A stretch of DNA of 64,000 nt from an uncultured Gemmatimonadaceae bacterium (GTDB lineage Bacteria > Gemmatimonadota > Gemmatimonadetes > Gemmatimonadales > Gemmatimonadaceae). The notes under the pieces are model-generated. The model searched no databases. It saw only the letters and a list, made by a program, of their open reading frames with translations, and was not told the DNA's origin. Below are positions 20,275 through 32,371 of the stretch, piece after piece. The stretch covers positions 2,912,001-2,976,000 of the forward strand of contig CAWJMB010000002.1 in NCBI GenBank assembly GCA_963843845.1. The letters run 5' to 3'. The position numbers were made by a program, and so were the translations under genes. The stretch's first letter is position 1, and every line of letters begins with the position of its first letter.

Positions 20275-21405
20275 CTAGGGCTTCGCCGCCGGCACGGCGC
20301 GCACCTTCGCCCCGTCGACGACGTCGTCGGTCGGATTGACGACCACCGTCGCGCCCTCGGCGAGCCCCGAGAGGACCTCGATGTCGGTGCCGAGGTCGCG
20401 ACCGAGCTCGACCTTCACGAAGCGCACGACGCCATCGCGCACGACGGCGACCTGCGGGCCGGCGGTCCGGACGATGAGCGCGTTCGCGGGGAGCATGATG
20501 CGCTCGCCGACCGAACGCACCGCGAGCTTCACCTGCGCGTACATGCCGGGGAGCAGCGCGCCGCTCGCGTTCGGCACCTGCACTTCGGTCAGCATCGTGC
20601 GCGTCGCGGCGTCGAGCGCGCCGGCCGACCGAACGACGCGCCCCGTCACCGCCGTCCCCGACCCGCGCACCGTCACCGACGCCTCGGCGCCGGCGTGCAC
20701 CTGCGCCGCGGCCGTCTCGGGCACGTTGATCATCACACGCCCGGTGTCGGCCTGCGCGAGCACGAACAGCGGGCGCGCGGCCGGCGACGGACTCACGAGC
20801 TGCCCGACGTCGACGTTGCGCGCCGTGACCGTGCCCGCGAACGGCGCGACGACTCGCCCGAAGCTCTGGAGCTGCTGCAGCCGTCGCGCGTTCGCCTCGG
20901 ACGCGGCGACCGTGGCCGACGCGGCGGTGTACGCGGCGCGCCGCTCGTCGAGCTCCTGACGCGTCGCGGCGCTGTCCTTCACCATCGCCTCCCACCGCGC
21001 GAGCGACGTCTGCGCGAGCAGCTGCGCGGCGCGCACCTGGCCGAGTGCGGCGCGCGCCTGCGCGAGCTCCTGATCGATCTCCGGCGTCTCGATCTCGGCG
21101 AGCAACTGGCCGGCGCGGACGCGTGTGCCGATGTCGGCGAGGTAGCGGCGCACGTAGCCGGTGCTCCGCGCGTAGAGCGCCGCCTCGCGCATCGGCTCGA
21201 CCGTCCCCGGCAGCGTGATGTCGGACACTGGCTTCGCCGTCCCGATCGTGACGACGGTGACCGCCGGCGGCGCGTTGGCCGCCGTCGTGCGCGCCTCGAG
21301 CTCCTGCTTGCGGCGCACGCGCGGCACGATGCCGATCGCGAGCAGCGCGGCGAACAGCAGCACCACGCCGACGGCGAGCGTGCGGCCGCGAGCGCGCGCG
21401 GTCAT
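20275..21405 (-). CDS. RND efflux periplasmic adaptor subunit
   Basis: ARSTGYV, IETPE, APFAGTV, LLPGMYA. Confidence 0.92.
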   Translation of the reverse strand: MTARARGRTLAVGVVLLFAALLAIGIVPRVRRKQELEARTTAANAPPAVTVVTIGTAKPVSDITLPGTVEPMREAALYARSTGYVRRYLADIGTRVRAGQLLAEIETPEIDQELAQARAALGQVRAAQLLAQTSLARWEAMVKDSAATRQELDERRAAYTAASATVAASEANARRLQQLQSFGRVVAPFAGTVTARNVDVGQLVSPSPAARPLFVLAQADTGRVMINVPETAAAQVHAGAEASVTVRGSGTAVTGRVVRSAGALDAATRTMLTEVQVPNASGALLPGMYAQVKLAVRSVGERIMLPANALIVRTAGPQVAVVRDGVVRFVKVELGRDLGTDIEVLSGLAEGATVVVNPTDDVVDGAKVRAVPAAKP

Positions 21406-24400
21406 GCCCCCTCCGGCGCCGGCAGCGGAGCCGCACCCGGCGCCGGCGCGGCAGCTCGGCGCAGCACGCTGTAGACGACGGGGACGAAGAACAGCGTGGC
21501 GACGGTCGCGAACGCGAGGCCGCCGATGACGGCGCGGCCGAGCGGCGCGTTCTGCTCGCCGCCCTCGCCGAGGCCGAGCGACATCGGCAGCATGCCGATG
21601 ATCATCGCGAGCGCGGTCATGATCACCGGGCGCAGGCGCGTCATGCCGGCGGCGAGCGCCGCGTCGACGCGTCGAGAGCCCCGCCGCGCGCTGCTCGTTG
21701 GCGAACGTGACGATGAGGATGCTGTTCGCCGTCGCCACGCCGACGCTCATGATCGCGCCCATCAGCGCGGGCACGCTGAGCGTCGTCTGCGTGACGAACA
21801 GCATCCAGACGATGCCGGCGAGCGCGCCCGGGCAGCGCCATGAGGATGATCGAACGGGTCGAGCCACGACTGGAAGTTCACGACCATCAGCAGGTAGACG
21901 AGCACGACCGCGAACGACGAGCCCGAAGCCGAGGCCGCGTGAACGACGTCGCGCATGCTCTCGACCTGGCCCGCGCATCGACGATGCTGCTCCCCTGCGG
22001 CAGCGTCGGCGTCAGCTCCGTCGACGACGCGGTCGACGTCGCTCGCGACGCCGCCGAGGTCGCGCCCCTGCACGTTCGCGTAGCACGTCGAACACCGGCT
22101 GCACGTTGTAGTGGGTGACGACCGAGCGGGCCGAGCGGCGCGTCGATCGTGCGCGACGTTGCCGAGCAGTCTGCGGCGTCGCCGCCGGCGACGAGACGGC
22201 GTCGCCTCGAGCGGCGTCGATCGAGTCGATGCGCGTACTGCGGCGTCTGCACCGCCACGAGGTACTGCACGCCGTTCGCCGGATCGAGCCAGAAGTTCGG
22301 CGCGATCTGCCCGACTCGACGCTGAGCGACACGAGCAGGTCGCTCGCGACGTCGCGCTCGCGTGAGCGCCGAGCTGCGCGGCGCGCACGTGCGGTCGACG
22401 TCGACGAGCAGCTCGGGCGCGCTCGCGACCTGGTGCAGGTGCACGTCGACCGCGCCCGGGATCGTGCGCATGCGCGTCGGCGAGCTGCTGCGCGACGCGT
22501 GAAGTTCGCGCGCCTTGTTCGGCGCCCGACGACCTGCACGTCGATCGGCGCCGGGAGGCCGAAGTTCAGCACCTGCGTCGAGATGTCCGGCGCGAGGAAG
22601 AAGAACGTGACGTCGGGGAACTCGCGTGCAGCCGCGTCGCGCAGCTGCGCGCACGTACTCGGCCGTCGGCGGTCGCGGTGCTCGGTCAGCGCGATCAGGA
22701 TCTCGCCGTCGGCCGACGCCGATCATCGGGCCGTCGCTCGAGCGCGAGGTTGATGCCGCTGACGGCGATGCCGATGTTGTCGAGCATCGTGTCGAGCTCG
22801 TCCGGCGGGATGACCTCGCGGATCCGTCGCTCGACGCGCGCGACGAGCTGCTCGGTCTCCTCGATGCGCGTGCCGGCCGGCGCCGCGGACGTGCAGCTGG
22901 ATCAGCCCGGCGTCGACCGTCGGGAAGAAGTCGCTGCCGAGCGAGCGGCACGAGCAGCAGCGACGAGCGCCACGAACGCAGCGCGAAGCCGAGCGTCACG
23001 CGTCCGCGGTGCGCGAGCGCCCAGCGCGAGCAGCGCGCCGTAGCGCGTCGCGCAGGCGCTCGAAGCCGCGGTCGAAGCGCGCGGATGCGCCCGAACGAAG
23101 GCCCGTCGCGCGTGCCCGTGATGCTGCTCGCCTCGCCGCTCGAGCAGCGTACTGCACCAGCGTCGGCACGAGCGTGCGCGAGAGGAAGTACGACGTCAGC
23201 ATCGCGAAGACGACCGCCATCGCGAGCGGCACGAACAGCGACTTCGCCGCGCCGGTGATGAAGACCACCGGCACGAACACGATGCAGATGCAGAGCGTCG
23301 ACGACGAACGCCGGCACCGCGATCTGCTGCGCGCCGTCGAGGATCGCGCGCACGAGCGGCTTTCCGCATGCCCAGGTTGCGGTGGATGTTCTCGATCGCC
23401 GACCGTCGCGTCGTCGACGAGGATGCCGACCGCGAGCGCGAGGCCGCCGAGCGTCATCACGTTGAGCGTCTGCCCGAGCGCGCCGAGCACGATGATCGAC
23501 GACGAGGATCGAGAGCGGGATCGAGACGCGACGATGAGCGTGCTCCGCCAGCTGCCGAGGAAGAGCAGGATCATCAGCGCCGTGAGGCCCGCGGCGATCA
23601 GCGCCTCCTTCACGCACGCCGTCGACAGCGCGGCGCGCACGAAGAGCGACTGGTCGAAGAGCAGCTCGACCTTGCAGCTCCGGCGGCAGCGTGCGCCAGC
23701 GATCGCCGGCAGCGTCGCGCGGATGCTGCTGCACGACGTCGAGCGTGCGAGCGCGCTGCCGTTCTTGAGCATCGACATGAGCACGCGCCGCGCTTGCCGT
23801 CGACGTGCACCATGTTGGTCTGCAGGCGCGTAGCCGTCGCGCACCTGGCGACGTCGCGGATGTAGACCGTCGTGCCGTTCACGGTCTTGATCGGCAGGTC
23901 GTTCGAGCGCCTTCGACGACCTCCGGGCTGCCGTTGAGCCGACCGGGTACTCGTGCTCGCCGATCTTCGCCGTGCCGGTCGGCAGGATCGACGTTCTGCG
24001 CGTTGATCGCCGCGCTCACGTCGCGCGGCGAGAGGCCGCGCGCGTAGAGCGCTGCCGGGTCGAGGTCGACCATGATCTGGCGCTGCTTGCCGCCGTACGG
24101 CCAGGGGATCTGCGCGCCGCTGCATGGTCGCGAGTCGCGCGCGGATCGAAGTTCGTCGCCGAGGTCGAAGAGCTGCTGCTCGGTGAGCGTGTCGCTCGCG
24201 AGCGCGGCCTGCAGGATCGGCACGTTCGACGCGCTGTAGCGGATGATGAACGGCGGCGTCGTGCCCGGCGGCATCGTTGCGCGACGATGGTCTGCGAGAC
24301 CGCCGTCGACCTGCGCGATCGCCGCCTCGATCTTCGCGCCCGGCTGGAAGAAGATCTTGATGACCGCGACGCCGGTCAGCGACTGGCTCTCGATGTGCTC

Positions 24401-24637
24401 GATGTCGTTGACCGTCGTGGTGAGCGACGCGCTCGTAGTCGTGACGATGCGCTTCTCCATCTCCTCGGCGCGGCAGCCCGCCGTAGTTCCAGATCACCGA
24501 GATGACCGGGATGTCGATCGTCCGGGAAGATGTCGGTCGGCATGCGCAGCGATCGTCAGCACGCCGAGGATGACGATGAGCAGCGCCATGACGACGAACG
24601 TGTACGGGCGCCGGAGCGCGAGGCGGACGATCCACAT
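21402..24637 (-). CDS. RND efflux permease (AcrB/CusA superfamily), multiple frameshifts
   Basis: [14 protein letters not shown]..., [29 protein letters not shown] in shifting frames. Confidence 0.88.
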
Positions 24638-24653
24638 GTGCGTCTACACGTCG

Positions 24654-25978
24654 TTACAGCGGCCGCCCGGCGAGCGCCGACAGCTCGGCGCGCGCCACGG
24701 CGTAATCGAAGCGTGCGTCGACGAGCGCCGACTCCGCGTCGGCGAGGTTCGTCTGCGAAGTGATGAGGTCGAGGATGTCGGCGGCGCCGGCCTGGTAGCG
24801 CACCTGCACGACGCGCAGATCTTCCGTCGCGACCTGCACTCCCTCCTGCGCGAGTGCGATCCGCGTCTCCGCGACGCGCAGCGTCTCGAGCGCGCGCTCG
24901 GCGTTCACACGCGCGGAGCGCCGCACGTCGCGCAGCCGCGTCGTCGCGACGTCGCCGCCGACGCGCGCGCGCACGACGGCCTCCTCGCGCTGGAACCCGT
25001 CGAACAGCGGGTAGCTCAGGCCGAGCCGCAGCGCCCAGACCGGATCGCGGTCGACGGTCGCGGCCGACGCATGCTGCCCGATCACGCGGTAGGCGCCGCC
25101 GAGCTGCACCGTCGGGGCGTAGCGGGCGCGCGAGGCGCGGGTGGCGGCCGCCGCGGCACGGTCGGTCGCTTCCGCCGACTGCACGATGGGCGCGCTCGTC
25201 ACGACGAGCGAACGAGCGCCGAGTCGTCCAGCGACAACGCGCGCGGCGCGAGCGAGTCGGGCTCCTGCACGTCGACGGCGCCGTCGACGCCGACGACGCG
25301 GCCGAACGCGTAGCGGGCGGTGCGGAACTGCCCCTCGGTCTGCGCGAGCGCCTGCCGCGCGCGCGACAGCTCGAGGCGGGCGCGCAGCTCGTCGCTCCGC
25401 GTCGCGACGCCGGCGTCGTGGCGGCGCTTCGCATAGCTCTCGCCCTGGACCGCGCGCGCGACACGCGCCGACTGCACGCGACGCTGCGCCGCGGCGCGCA
25501 GCACGTCGAACGCGGCGCGCTCGGCGTCGAGCGACACGGCGTACCGACGCGCCACGAGGTCGGCATCGCTCACGTCGCGCGTCGCCGCGGCGCGTCGGAT
25601 CTCGGCGCCGCGCCGGCCGCCGGTGAAGAGGTCGTAGGTCGCGCCGAGCCCCGCGGCCGACGTGCCGTTCACGGCGCCGGGGAGCGCGCCGGGCTGTCCG
25701 AACGGGCCGGGATTCGTCGACCGGAGCACGTTCGACTCGAGCGAGACCGTCGGCAGGAACGCCGCCCGCGCGCTGCGCTCCGCGGCTCGCGCGACGCGGA
25801 CGGCGCCGGTGTCGCGCGCGACCTCGGGGCTCGCGGCGAGGGCGCGGCGGACCGCCTCGTCGATCGTGACGGTCAGGACGGGCGGCGGAGGCGCGGGGAG
25901 AGCGGACTGCGCATGCGCTGCGGCAGCGGTGAGGGCGAGCAGCGCCGCGAACGGTGCGGCGCGAGAGCGAAGGCGCAT
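24654..25978 (-). CDS. TolC family outer-membrane efflux protein, frameshift near 25200
   Basis: LTVTIDEAVRRAL, YPLFDG, RYQAG...LDL; heads the RND operon. Confidence 0.85.
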
Positions 25979-26055
25979 GCGGGGACGACGGGAGACGGGC
26001 GGGTCTCCCACACTACGCGGGCGGAGACGAGATCGTTCGGTGCGCGGAGCTCTCG

Positions 26056-26220
26056 GACGGCGGGGGTGACGGCGGGACGGCGGGACGCACGGGCGACGGC
26101 GCGACGTGACGGCACGGCGGGACGGATACCGCGGACGCAGGCGCCGTCTCTGGAATGCCCCCCCGCCGTCCCCGTCCCCGAGTCGCGGTGGCGTCGCGTT
26201 CCGCCGTCAGCCCCGCCGTT
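26056..26220. repeat. ~165-bp intergenic inverted-repeat element
   Basis: ACGGCGGGGGTGACGGCGG pairs with CCGCCGTCAGCCCCGCCGT (18/19); further internal ACGGCGGG copies and a CCCGCCGTC. Confidence 0.6.
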
Positions 26221-27235
26221 CGGCGTGGATCGGCGACGCCCCCGCAGCGAGCTCCGCCCGCGACCGCGTCGTCGGCGGCGGCGCGTCGACATGCACCGTG
26301 TTCCGCCCGATCACCGCCTGCTCCGCCACATCCGTCAGCGCCGCGACGAAATCCGGCCGCACGTTCGGCAGTCGCGTCCGCCGGTACGTGATGCCTAACG
26401 CCGCCGCCTTCCCCGCCGCCTCGACGTCGAGGTCGTACAGAATCTCGAGATGATCGCACACGAACCCGATCGGCACCTGCAGCACCTGCCGCACCCCGTC
26501 CGCGTGCAGCGTGTCGAGGTAGTCGAGAATGTCCGGCCCGATCCACGGCTCGCCCGTCTCGCCCGCGCTCTGCCACGCGAAGCGAACGTCGCGCACGCCG
26601 GCCAGCGCCGCCACCGCGTGCGCACTCTCGGCGAGCTGCCGCTCGTACGGATCGTCCCACGTCCGGATGCGCTCCGGCAGCGAGTGCGCGCTGAACACGA
26701 CCGTCACGCCGTCGCGCGCGCCGTCCGGGAAGTGCGCCAGCTCGTCGCGGACGAGGGTCGCCATGACGTCGAGAAAGCCGGGGTGCGTGTGCCAGTGCTC
26801 GACGAAGTCGACGTCGAAGCGCAGGCCGTGCGTGTGCATCCCCTCGAACAGATAGCGCTGATAGCCGCCGACGCTGAAGCGCGAGTAGTGCGGCGCGAGC
26901 ACGACGCACGCGAGCCGCTGAACGCCGTCGGCGTGCGCCTGCGGCAGCACGTCGGCGATGAACGGGTGCCAGTGCTTCATCCCCACATAGACCGGCACGT
27001 CGTGCCCGCGCGCGCGCAGCCCGTCGGCGACCGCGGCGCGCACCTCCGCGGTGAGGCGGGTGAGGGGGGTGCGCCCGCCGACCGCCTCGTAGCGGTGCAC
27101 GAGATGCGCGACCGCTGCCGGCGACGGCGGGCGGCCGCCGCGGATGTGGGTGTAGTACGGTTCGACGTGCTCGGGCGTCTCGGGCGTGCCGTACGCCATG
27201 AGCATCACCCCGGTGCGCGGTCGATCGTCAGGCAT
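26207..27235 (-). CDS. hemH: Ferrochelatase (Firmicute/CpfC-like)
   Basis: MAYGTP..YYTHIR.GR, GMKHWHP, SAHSLP, WQSAG, GFVCDHLEILYDLD. Confidence 0.93.
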   Translation of the reverse strand: MPDDRPRTGVMLMAYGTPETPEHVEPYYTHIRGGRPPSPAAVAHLVHRYEAVGGRTPLTRLTAEVRAAVADGLRARGHDVPVYVGMKHWHPFIADVLPQAHADGVQRLACVVLAPHYSRFSVGGYQRYLFEGMHTHGLRFDVDFVEHWHTHPGFLDVMATLVRDELAHFPDGARDGVTVVFSAHSLPERIRTWDDPYERQLAESAHAVAALAGVRDVRFAWQSAGETGEPWIGPDILDYLDTLHADGVRQVLQVPIGFVCDHLEILYDLDVEAAGKAAALGITYRRTRLPNVRPDFVAALTDVAEQAVIGRNTVHVDAPPPTTRSRAELAAGASPIHAERRG

Positions 27236-28552
27236 GTTCTGGATGGAGGCGCGGCGTCGCGCGCGTGAGTCGCGCTGCCGGGTCGGGGGCGACGGGGGCA
27301 GCGGGTGCGTCGATGCCGAACAGGCGCCGCGCCGACGACGCGAGCGCCACCGGCTCGTCGTCGACCGCCATCGCATGCAGCGGGCCGTGCAGCAGCTTCG
27401 CGACGAGGCGCAGCCCCATGGCGCGCACGATCTCGCGTTCGCGCGGCGAGAGCGGGCCGAGCTGGGCGAGCTGGGCGAGCGCTCGCTCGACTTCGCGGTC
27501 GCAGACGTGCGCCGCGCCGGCCCGCAGCGCGAGCACTGTCGGCAGTGCCTCCTGCGCGCTCAGCCACCGCGCGAACCGGGCCGCCCACCGGTCGATCTCC
27601 TGTTCCGCGGCGTGCACGTCGCGCCGGACGTCGCGCTCCGCGTCGCGCGGCTCCCACCGTCCCAGGGCGTCGACGTCGAGCACGCGCGTGTCGGGCAGCG
27701 CGGCGACGGCCGGCGCGACGTTCCGCGGCACGCCGAGGTCGATGAGGGTGCGCGGGCGCGGGGCGGCGGGAGATGCGTCGCGTCGATGACCGGTTCGGAC
27801 GCCGCGGCGCACGCGAACACGACGTCCGCGTCGGCGACGACGACGCCCAACGCTTCCCACGAGGCGACCGCCGCGCCGTGCTTCGCCGCGAGCGAGAGCG
27901 CGTTCGCGAGCGTGCGGTTCACGATGACGACGCGCCGCGGGCGTGCTCCGGCGAGCGCCCGCAGCACGTCCGCGGCCGTCTCCCCGGCGCCGACGACGGC
28001 GATCGACGCGCCGGCGAGCGCCGCGACGCCGCCGAACGCATGCACCGCCGCCTCGGCGACGGACCCCGCGCGGCGACCGCCGACGGGGAGGAGCGGGCGC
28101 GCTCGCTTGCCCGCCGCGAGCGCGGTCTGCGCGAGGCGGAACAGCACCCGGCCCACCGCCCCGCCGGCGCGCGCGGCCGCCACGCCGCGCTTGATCTGCG
28201 CCGCGATCTGCGTCTCGCCGAGCACCATGGAGTCGACGCCGGCGGCGACGCGCGCGAGGTGGCGCGCCGCCTCGATCCCCTCGTACACGTACAGATAGCG
28301 GCGCAGCACGTCGGCGGGCATCGCGGCGCGCGCAGCGAGCAGGTCGACCAGCCGGTCGGTCGTGGCGCCGATCGGCTCGTCGCTCGCCACGTACAGCTCG
28401 ACGCGATTACACGTCGAGAGCACGAGCGACTCGGCGACGCCGGCCTCGCGCGCGACCTCGGCCGCGGCGCCGTCGAGCGACGCGAAGGCGACGCGCTCCC
28501 TGATCCAGAGCGGGGCCGTACGGTGCTGCATCCCGACGACGAGCACGCGCAC
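27228..28552 (-). CDS. hemA: Glutamyl-tRNA reductase, frameshift near 27780
   Basis: STCNRVE, DSMVLGETQI, VGAGET, DLGVPRNV, KLLHGP. Confidence 0.9.
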
Positions 28553-28556
28553 CGCG

Positions 28557-30068
28557 TCAGCCCCCCGCCGTGGTCGCGACGAGCTCCTGCGCGTCGCGCA
28601 CCGCCGCGCGCGCGCTTCCGAACGTGACGCGCGGCGGCGCCGTCACGAGCTGCTCGGCCACGCGCGCCGCCGCCCGCTCCCCGGACGCGATGCAGTCCGG
28701 CACGCCGACGCCGCGGTAGGCGTTGCCGGCGAGCGCGAGCCACGGCAGGGCGCTCACGCGCCGGTCGATGCGCGCGACGCGCTCCGGATGCCCGAGATGA
28801 TACTGCGGCATCGCGCCGAGCCACCGGGTCGTGCGGGCGAGCGTCGGCTCTGCCACGACACCGAGCGTCGCGCGCAGCTCGGCGCGCGCGATGCCGAGCA
28901 GCGTGTGGTCCGGGAGCGCCGGCACCGCCGTGTGCCGCGCCCCGCCGACGAACACGCGGAACAGCGCCGTGTCCGCCGGCGCGCGCCCGTGGTGCTTGCT
29001 CGACACCCACGTGCAGGCGAGCACCGGCCGCCCCTCCGTCCGCGGCACGACGTACCCGGTACCGTCGAGCCGGCGGCGAACGGCCGCCGCGGGATACGCG
29101 AGGGTGACCGTCGCGAGCGATCCGTGGTCGATCGCACTCAGCTCGGCCGACAGCGCGACGTCGGCCGGCGCGAGCAGCCGCGCCGCGACCGACGCCGGCG
29201 CCGCGACGATCACCGCGTCGGCGGTGAGGCACTCGCCGTTCGCCAGCTCGACGATCGCGCCGGGCGGCCGACCGTTCGGCACGCCGCCGGTCGTCGCGGC
29301 GGGGCGTCCGGCCGCTCGCACCGACCGCACCGTCGCATGCAGGCGCACGTCGACGTGCGGCATCGCGCGGAACGCGGCGGCGAGCGCGTCGATCAGCTCC
29401 TGCAGCCCGTTGGGCAGGGTGAGGAACGGCGACGACGTCGAGATCGGCCGGGCACGCAGTCCGGCGAGCAGACTGCCGTGTGCCGCCTCCATCGCGCGGA
29501 GCTGCGGGAACGTCGCGTCCATGCTGAGCCGCGTGCCGGCACCGGAGTAGATGCCGGCGAGCAGGGGCTCGCAGATCCGCTCGTACGTCTCGCGCCCGAG
29601 CCGCCGCGTCATGAACGACTCGATCGACTCGTCGTCGTCCGAGCGGCGGCGCGGCCGGAGCGGCTCGAGTGCGAGCTGCGCGAGGCCGAGCGGCGAGAGA
29701 ATGCCGGACGTCGCGATCGGCGCGAGGCGCGATGGCATGAGCCCGGTGAGTCCCTGGGGCAGCCGGCGCAGCCGCCCGCGCCGCGAGACGTAGCCGCCGC
29801 GCGTGGCCGTGCCGCGCAACCGGTCGCCGATGCCGAGTCGCTCGCAGAGCAGCCGCGCGGCGGGCTTCGCGGCGACTATGACGTCCGGGCCGCGTTCGAG
29901 CAGACACTCGCCGACGCGATCGGTGCCGATCATCCCGCCGAGCCGGTCGGACGCCTCGAGCACCGTCACCCGCAGCCCACCCGCGCCGAGCCGTTCGGCT
30001 GCCGTGAGGCCGCTGATTCCTGCGCCGATGACGACGACGTGCGCCGGTCCGGCGTCTGCGCGTTCCAT
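28557..30068 (-). CDS. hemY: HemY-type proto-/coproporphyrinogen oxidase
   Basis: IGAGISGL, ERGPD, EPLLAGIYSG, MPQY..GH, GVGVPDCI. Confidence 0.92.
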   Translation of the reverse strand: MERADAGPAHVVVIGAGISGLTAAERLGAGGLRVTVLEASDRLGGMIGTDRVGECLLERGPDVIVAAKPAARLLCERLGIGDRLRGTATRGGYVSRRGRLRRLPQGLTGLMPSRLAPIATSGILSPLGLAQLALEPLRPRRRSDDDESIESFMTRRLGRETYERICEPLLAGIYSGAGTRLSMDATFPQLRAMEAAHGSLLAGLRARPISTSSPFLTLPNGLQELIDALAAAFRAMPHVDVRLHATVRSVRAAGRPAATTGGVPNGRPPGAIVELANGECLTADAVIVAAPASVAARLLAPADVALSAELSAIDHGSLATVTLAYPAAAVRRRLDGTGYVVPRTEGRPVLACTWVSSKHHGRAPADTALFRVFVGGARHTAVPALPDHTLLGIARAELRATLGVVAEPTLARTTRWLGAMPQYHLGHPERVARIDRRVSALPWLALAGNAYRGVGVPDCIASGERAAARVAEQLVTAPPRVTFGSARAAVRDAQELVATTAGG

Positions 30069-30269
30069 GCGTCGCAACGTACGGCACCGCCTACGGAGGA
30101 CCATCCGGAGTGGCTCGTCCGTACTCCTACCGAAACGGGAGGGCGAGGGCGGGACGCAGCGCCGATCGCGGAACGCGACGGCGACGGCGGGATGGAAGTG
30201 CACGGGCGGGATGGGCAGCGAGTCCCACGGTGCCGCAGCCCGACTGCCGTGCGGCAGTGCGTCGAGAGC

Positions 30270-31964
30270 TCAGGACAGCACGATGGGCCGCTCGATCAGG
30301 TGCGGCGCCGTCGCGTCAGGATCGTTCGGCACCAGCCGCGACGGCCGCTCCGCGCTCGGCGTCGCCGCGGTCCAGCGGCGCGCCACCCGCTCGATCCCGA
30401 CCGGATAGATGTGCAGCGCCCCGTCGCGCGCGACGTGCAGCCGCAGCCAGCTCCGAAAGTCCTCGATCCGGAGCGACGAGAACGCCTCCGTGTTGTGCCG
30501 CGCGAACACGTTCAGCGAGATCAGCAGGTACAGTCCCATGATCACGCCGCCGCACACATAGCCGCCGATGAGCAGCGCCGCACCCGTGATCGACAGCGCC
30601 TGCCAGCTCCGCTCGGCGAAGCCGAACACGTGGCGCGCCGCGTATGCCCCACCCCACCCCACGCCGAACGCCGCGCCGAGGTGCGCCAGCGCGTGCAGCG
30701 TCCCGCCGAGCCGCTTCTGCGTCGGCGACGCCGTGTCGGTGAAGAAGATGAAGCCGAACACGACGACGAGCAGCCAGAGCACCGCCACGTGGCTCGCGAG
30801 TACCGCGTCGCGGAGCGCGCTGAACACGGCGCCGAGCGACGAGAGGCCGTACGCCGAGACGCGCGCCTGCACCGCCCAGCCCAGCAGCAGGTAGAGCACG
30901 CCGGTCACGAGCCCGAACTTCGGGTTGTGCCGCGCGAACACGAGGTTGCCGTACGACAGACGCTTCGACTCGCGCGGACTGGGGTACGCCGCCTTGTACT
31001 CATAGCCCCCGTACAACGTCTCCACCTCGCGGACGTCGTGGTGCGTCGGATGGATGAACGAGCCGCCGCCCCCCGCCACGATCTTCTGCCGCCCGTCGGG
31101 CGTCGCGTGCCGGCGGTAGTGATGCAGATCGCCCGACAGAAAGACTTCGATGCGCCCCCCGAACACGTCTCGCTCGAGGAACTCGAGGTTGCGCTCGGTC
31201 TGCGTGGGGTCGTACTTCGCATAGCGCGCCTCGTCGATCCAGTGCGGCTCCGCGGTACACAGAATGACGCGTGCGTCCGGCGGCATCTGCGCGGCGAGCG
31301 TGCGGAAGTACTCGAGCTGCGGGTCGTCGATGTCCGAGTCGAGCTGCACGTCCGTGCCGACGAGCCACCAGCGGTGCGGCAGCCGTACCGCGAAGTAGCT
31401 CAGCGTCTGCATCGCCTGCCAGCCGCCGATCCACCGCGGGCGCGTGCCGCAGAACAGCCGCGTGAACGCCACGAGGCTGTCGTACCAGTCGTGGTTGCCG
31501 GGGACCGCGAACACCGCCGGATGCGGCGCGGCCGAGTCGGGCAGCGCGGTCGCGAACGGCGCGACGAGCTTCTGCTCGTATGCCGCGCGACTCGGCGTCG
31601 GGTACACCTCGTCGCCGCCGAAGACGAGCAGATGCCCGCGCGCCGTCTCGTGCACGCGGCCCGCCGGATCGCGCACCGCGAGCCGAGGCTGCGCGATCGC
31701 GTGCGCGACCGCGTACGTCGCGTTCCAGCCGTCGCCGGTGTCCGACACGTAGTCGATCCACAGCTCGTCGCCGGCGGCCAGCTCGCACGGCACGACGTCG
31801 TGATGCGCGAGCGCGTCGAGGATGCGGCGGTCGGCGTTCTGCCCGAACAGCTCGGACACCGTCTTGCGCACGCCGGTCCGCACGAGCTGCCCGGGGTCGA
31901 ACCACCCGGTCATCGGCGCGCGCGCACGCGGCGGCGGAAGGGGCAGGAGCGGACGGCTCGACAT
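30270..31964 (-). CDS. Calcineurin-like metallophosphoesterase with C-terminal TM helices
   Basis: DTGDG, GGDEVYP, PGNHDWYD, SGDLHHY, GGGSFIHPTH. Confidence 0.85.
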   Translation of the reverse strand: MSSRPLLPLPPPRARAPMTGWFDPGQLVRTGVRKTVSELFGQNADRRILDALAHHDVVPCELAAGDELWIDYVSDTGDGWNATYAVAHAIAQPRLAVRDPAGRVHETARGHLLVFGGDEVYPTPSRAAYEQKLVAPFATALPDSAAPHPAVFAVPGNHDWYDSLVAFTRLFCGTRPRWIGGWQAMQTLSYFAVRLPHRWWLVGTDVQLDSDIDDPQLEYFRTLAAQMPPDARVILCTAEPHWIDEARYAKYDPTQTERNLEFLERDVFGGRIEVFLSGDLHHYRRHATPDGRQKIVAGGGGSFIHPTHHDVREVETLYGGYEYKAAYPSPRESKRLSYGNLVFARHNPKFGLVTGVLYLLLGWAVQARVSAYGLSSLGAVFSALRDAVLASHVAVLWLLVVVFGFIFFTDTASPTQKRLGGTLHALAHLGAAFGVGWGGAYAARHVFGFAERSWQALSITGAALLIGGYVCGGVIMGLYLLISLNVFARHNTEAFSSLRIEDFRSWLRLHVARDGALHIYPVGIERVARRWTAATPSAERPSRLVPNDPDATAPHLIERPIVLS

Positions 31965-32110
31965 GCCGGCCAACTTCGCCGCGCTCGCCGGTCCGCCGCA
32001 AGATGACGTGAACGACAGTGCTGCCTAACGCACGGCGCACGACCACGTCGACCTCGACGATTTCGTGATCGGCGCGGCCGATGGCCCGAGGCTGGCACTT
32101 GTGCCTGCGC

Positions 32111-32362
32111 ATGCAGCAGAAGCCGCAGCACACCATGCTCGACGACCGCGGGAACCTCGTTCGCGTCGTGCGCGACGAGCGGACGGGACACGAATGGCGC
32201 GTCCGCGCCACCGACTGCCAGGGCGTCCCCGGCGCGCGCAGCGCGACCTGTCTGATCTTCGACGGCGGAACGATCGTGCGCCGCGTCTGGGCGCCTCCCG
32301 ACGACTGGACGAGCTGTTCCGACGCCGCGCTGCTCGCCCTCCTGGCGGGCCGAGACGATTAA
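32111..32362 (+). CDS. Small hypothetical protein
   Basis: RD..TGHEWRV...CLIF...RRVW.PP.DW...SD..LL pattern. Confidence 0.65.
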   Translation: MQQKPQHTMLDDRGNLVRVVRDERTGHEWRVRATDCQGVPGARSATCLIFDGGTIVRRVWAPPDDWTSCSDAALLALLAGRDD

Positions 32363-32371
32363 CTTTCGCCC

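Noticed and set aside
21402..24637. RND permease as true pseudogene or programmed frameshifting
   Set aside because: Many scattered indels with intact motifs and no slippery-site pattern; sequencing error is more parsimonious
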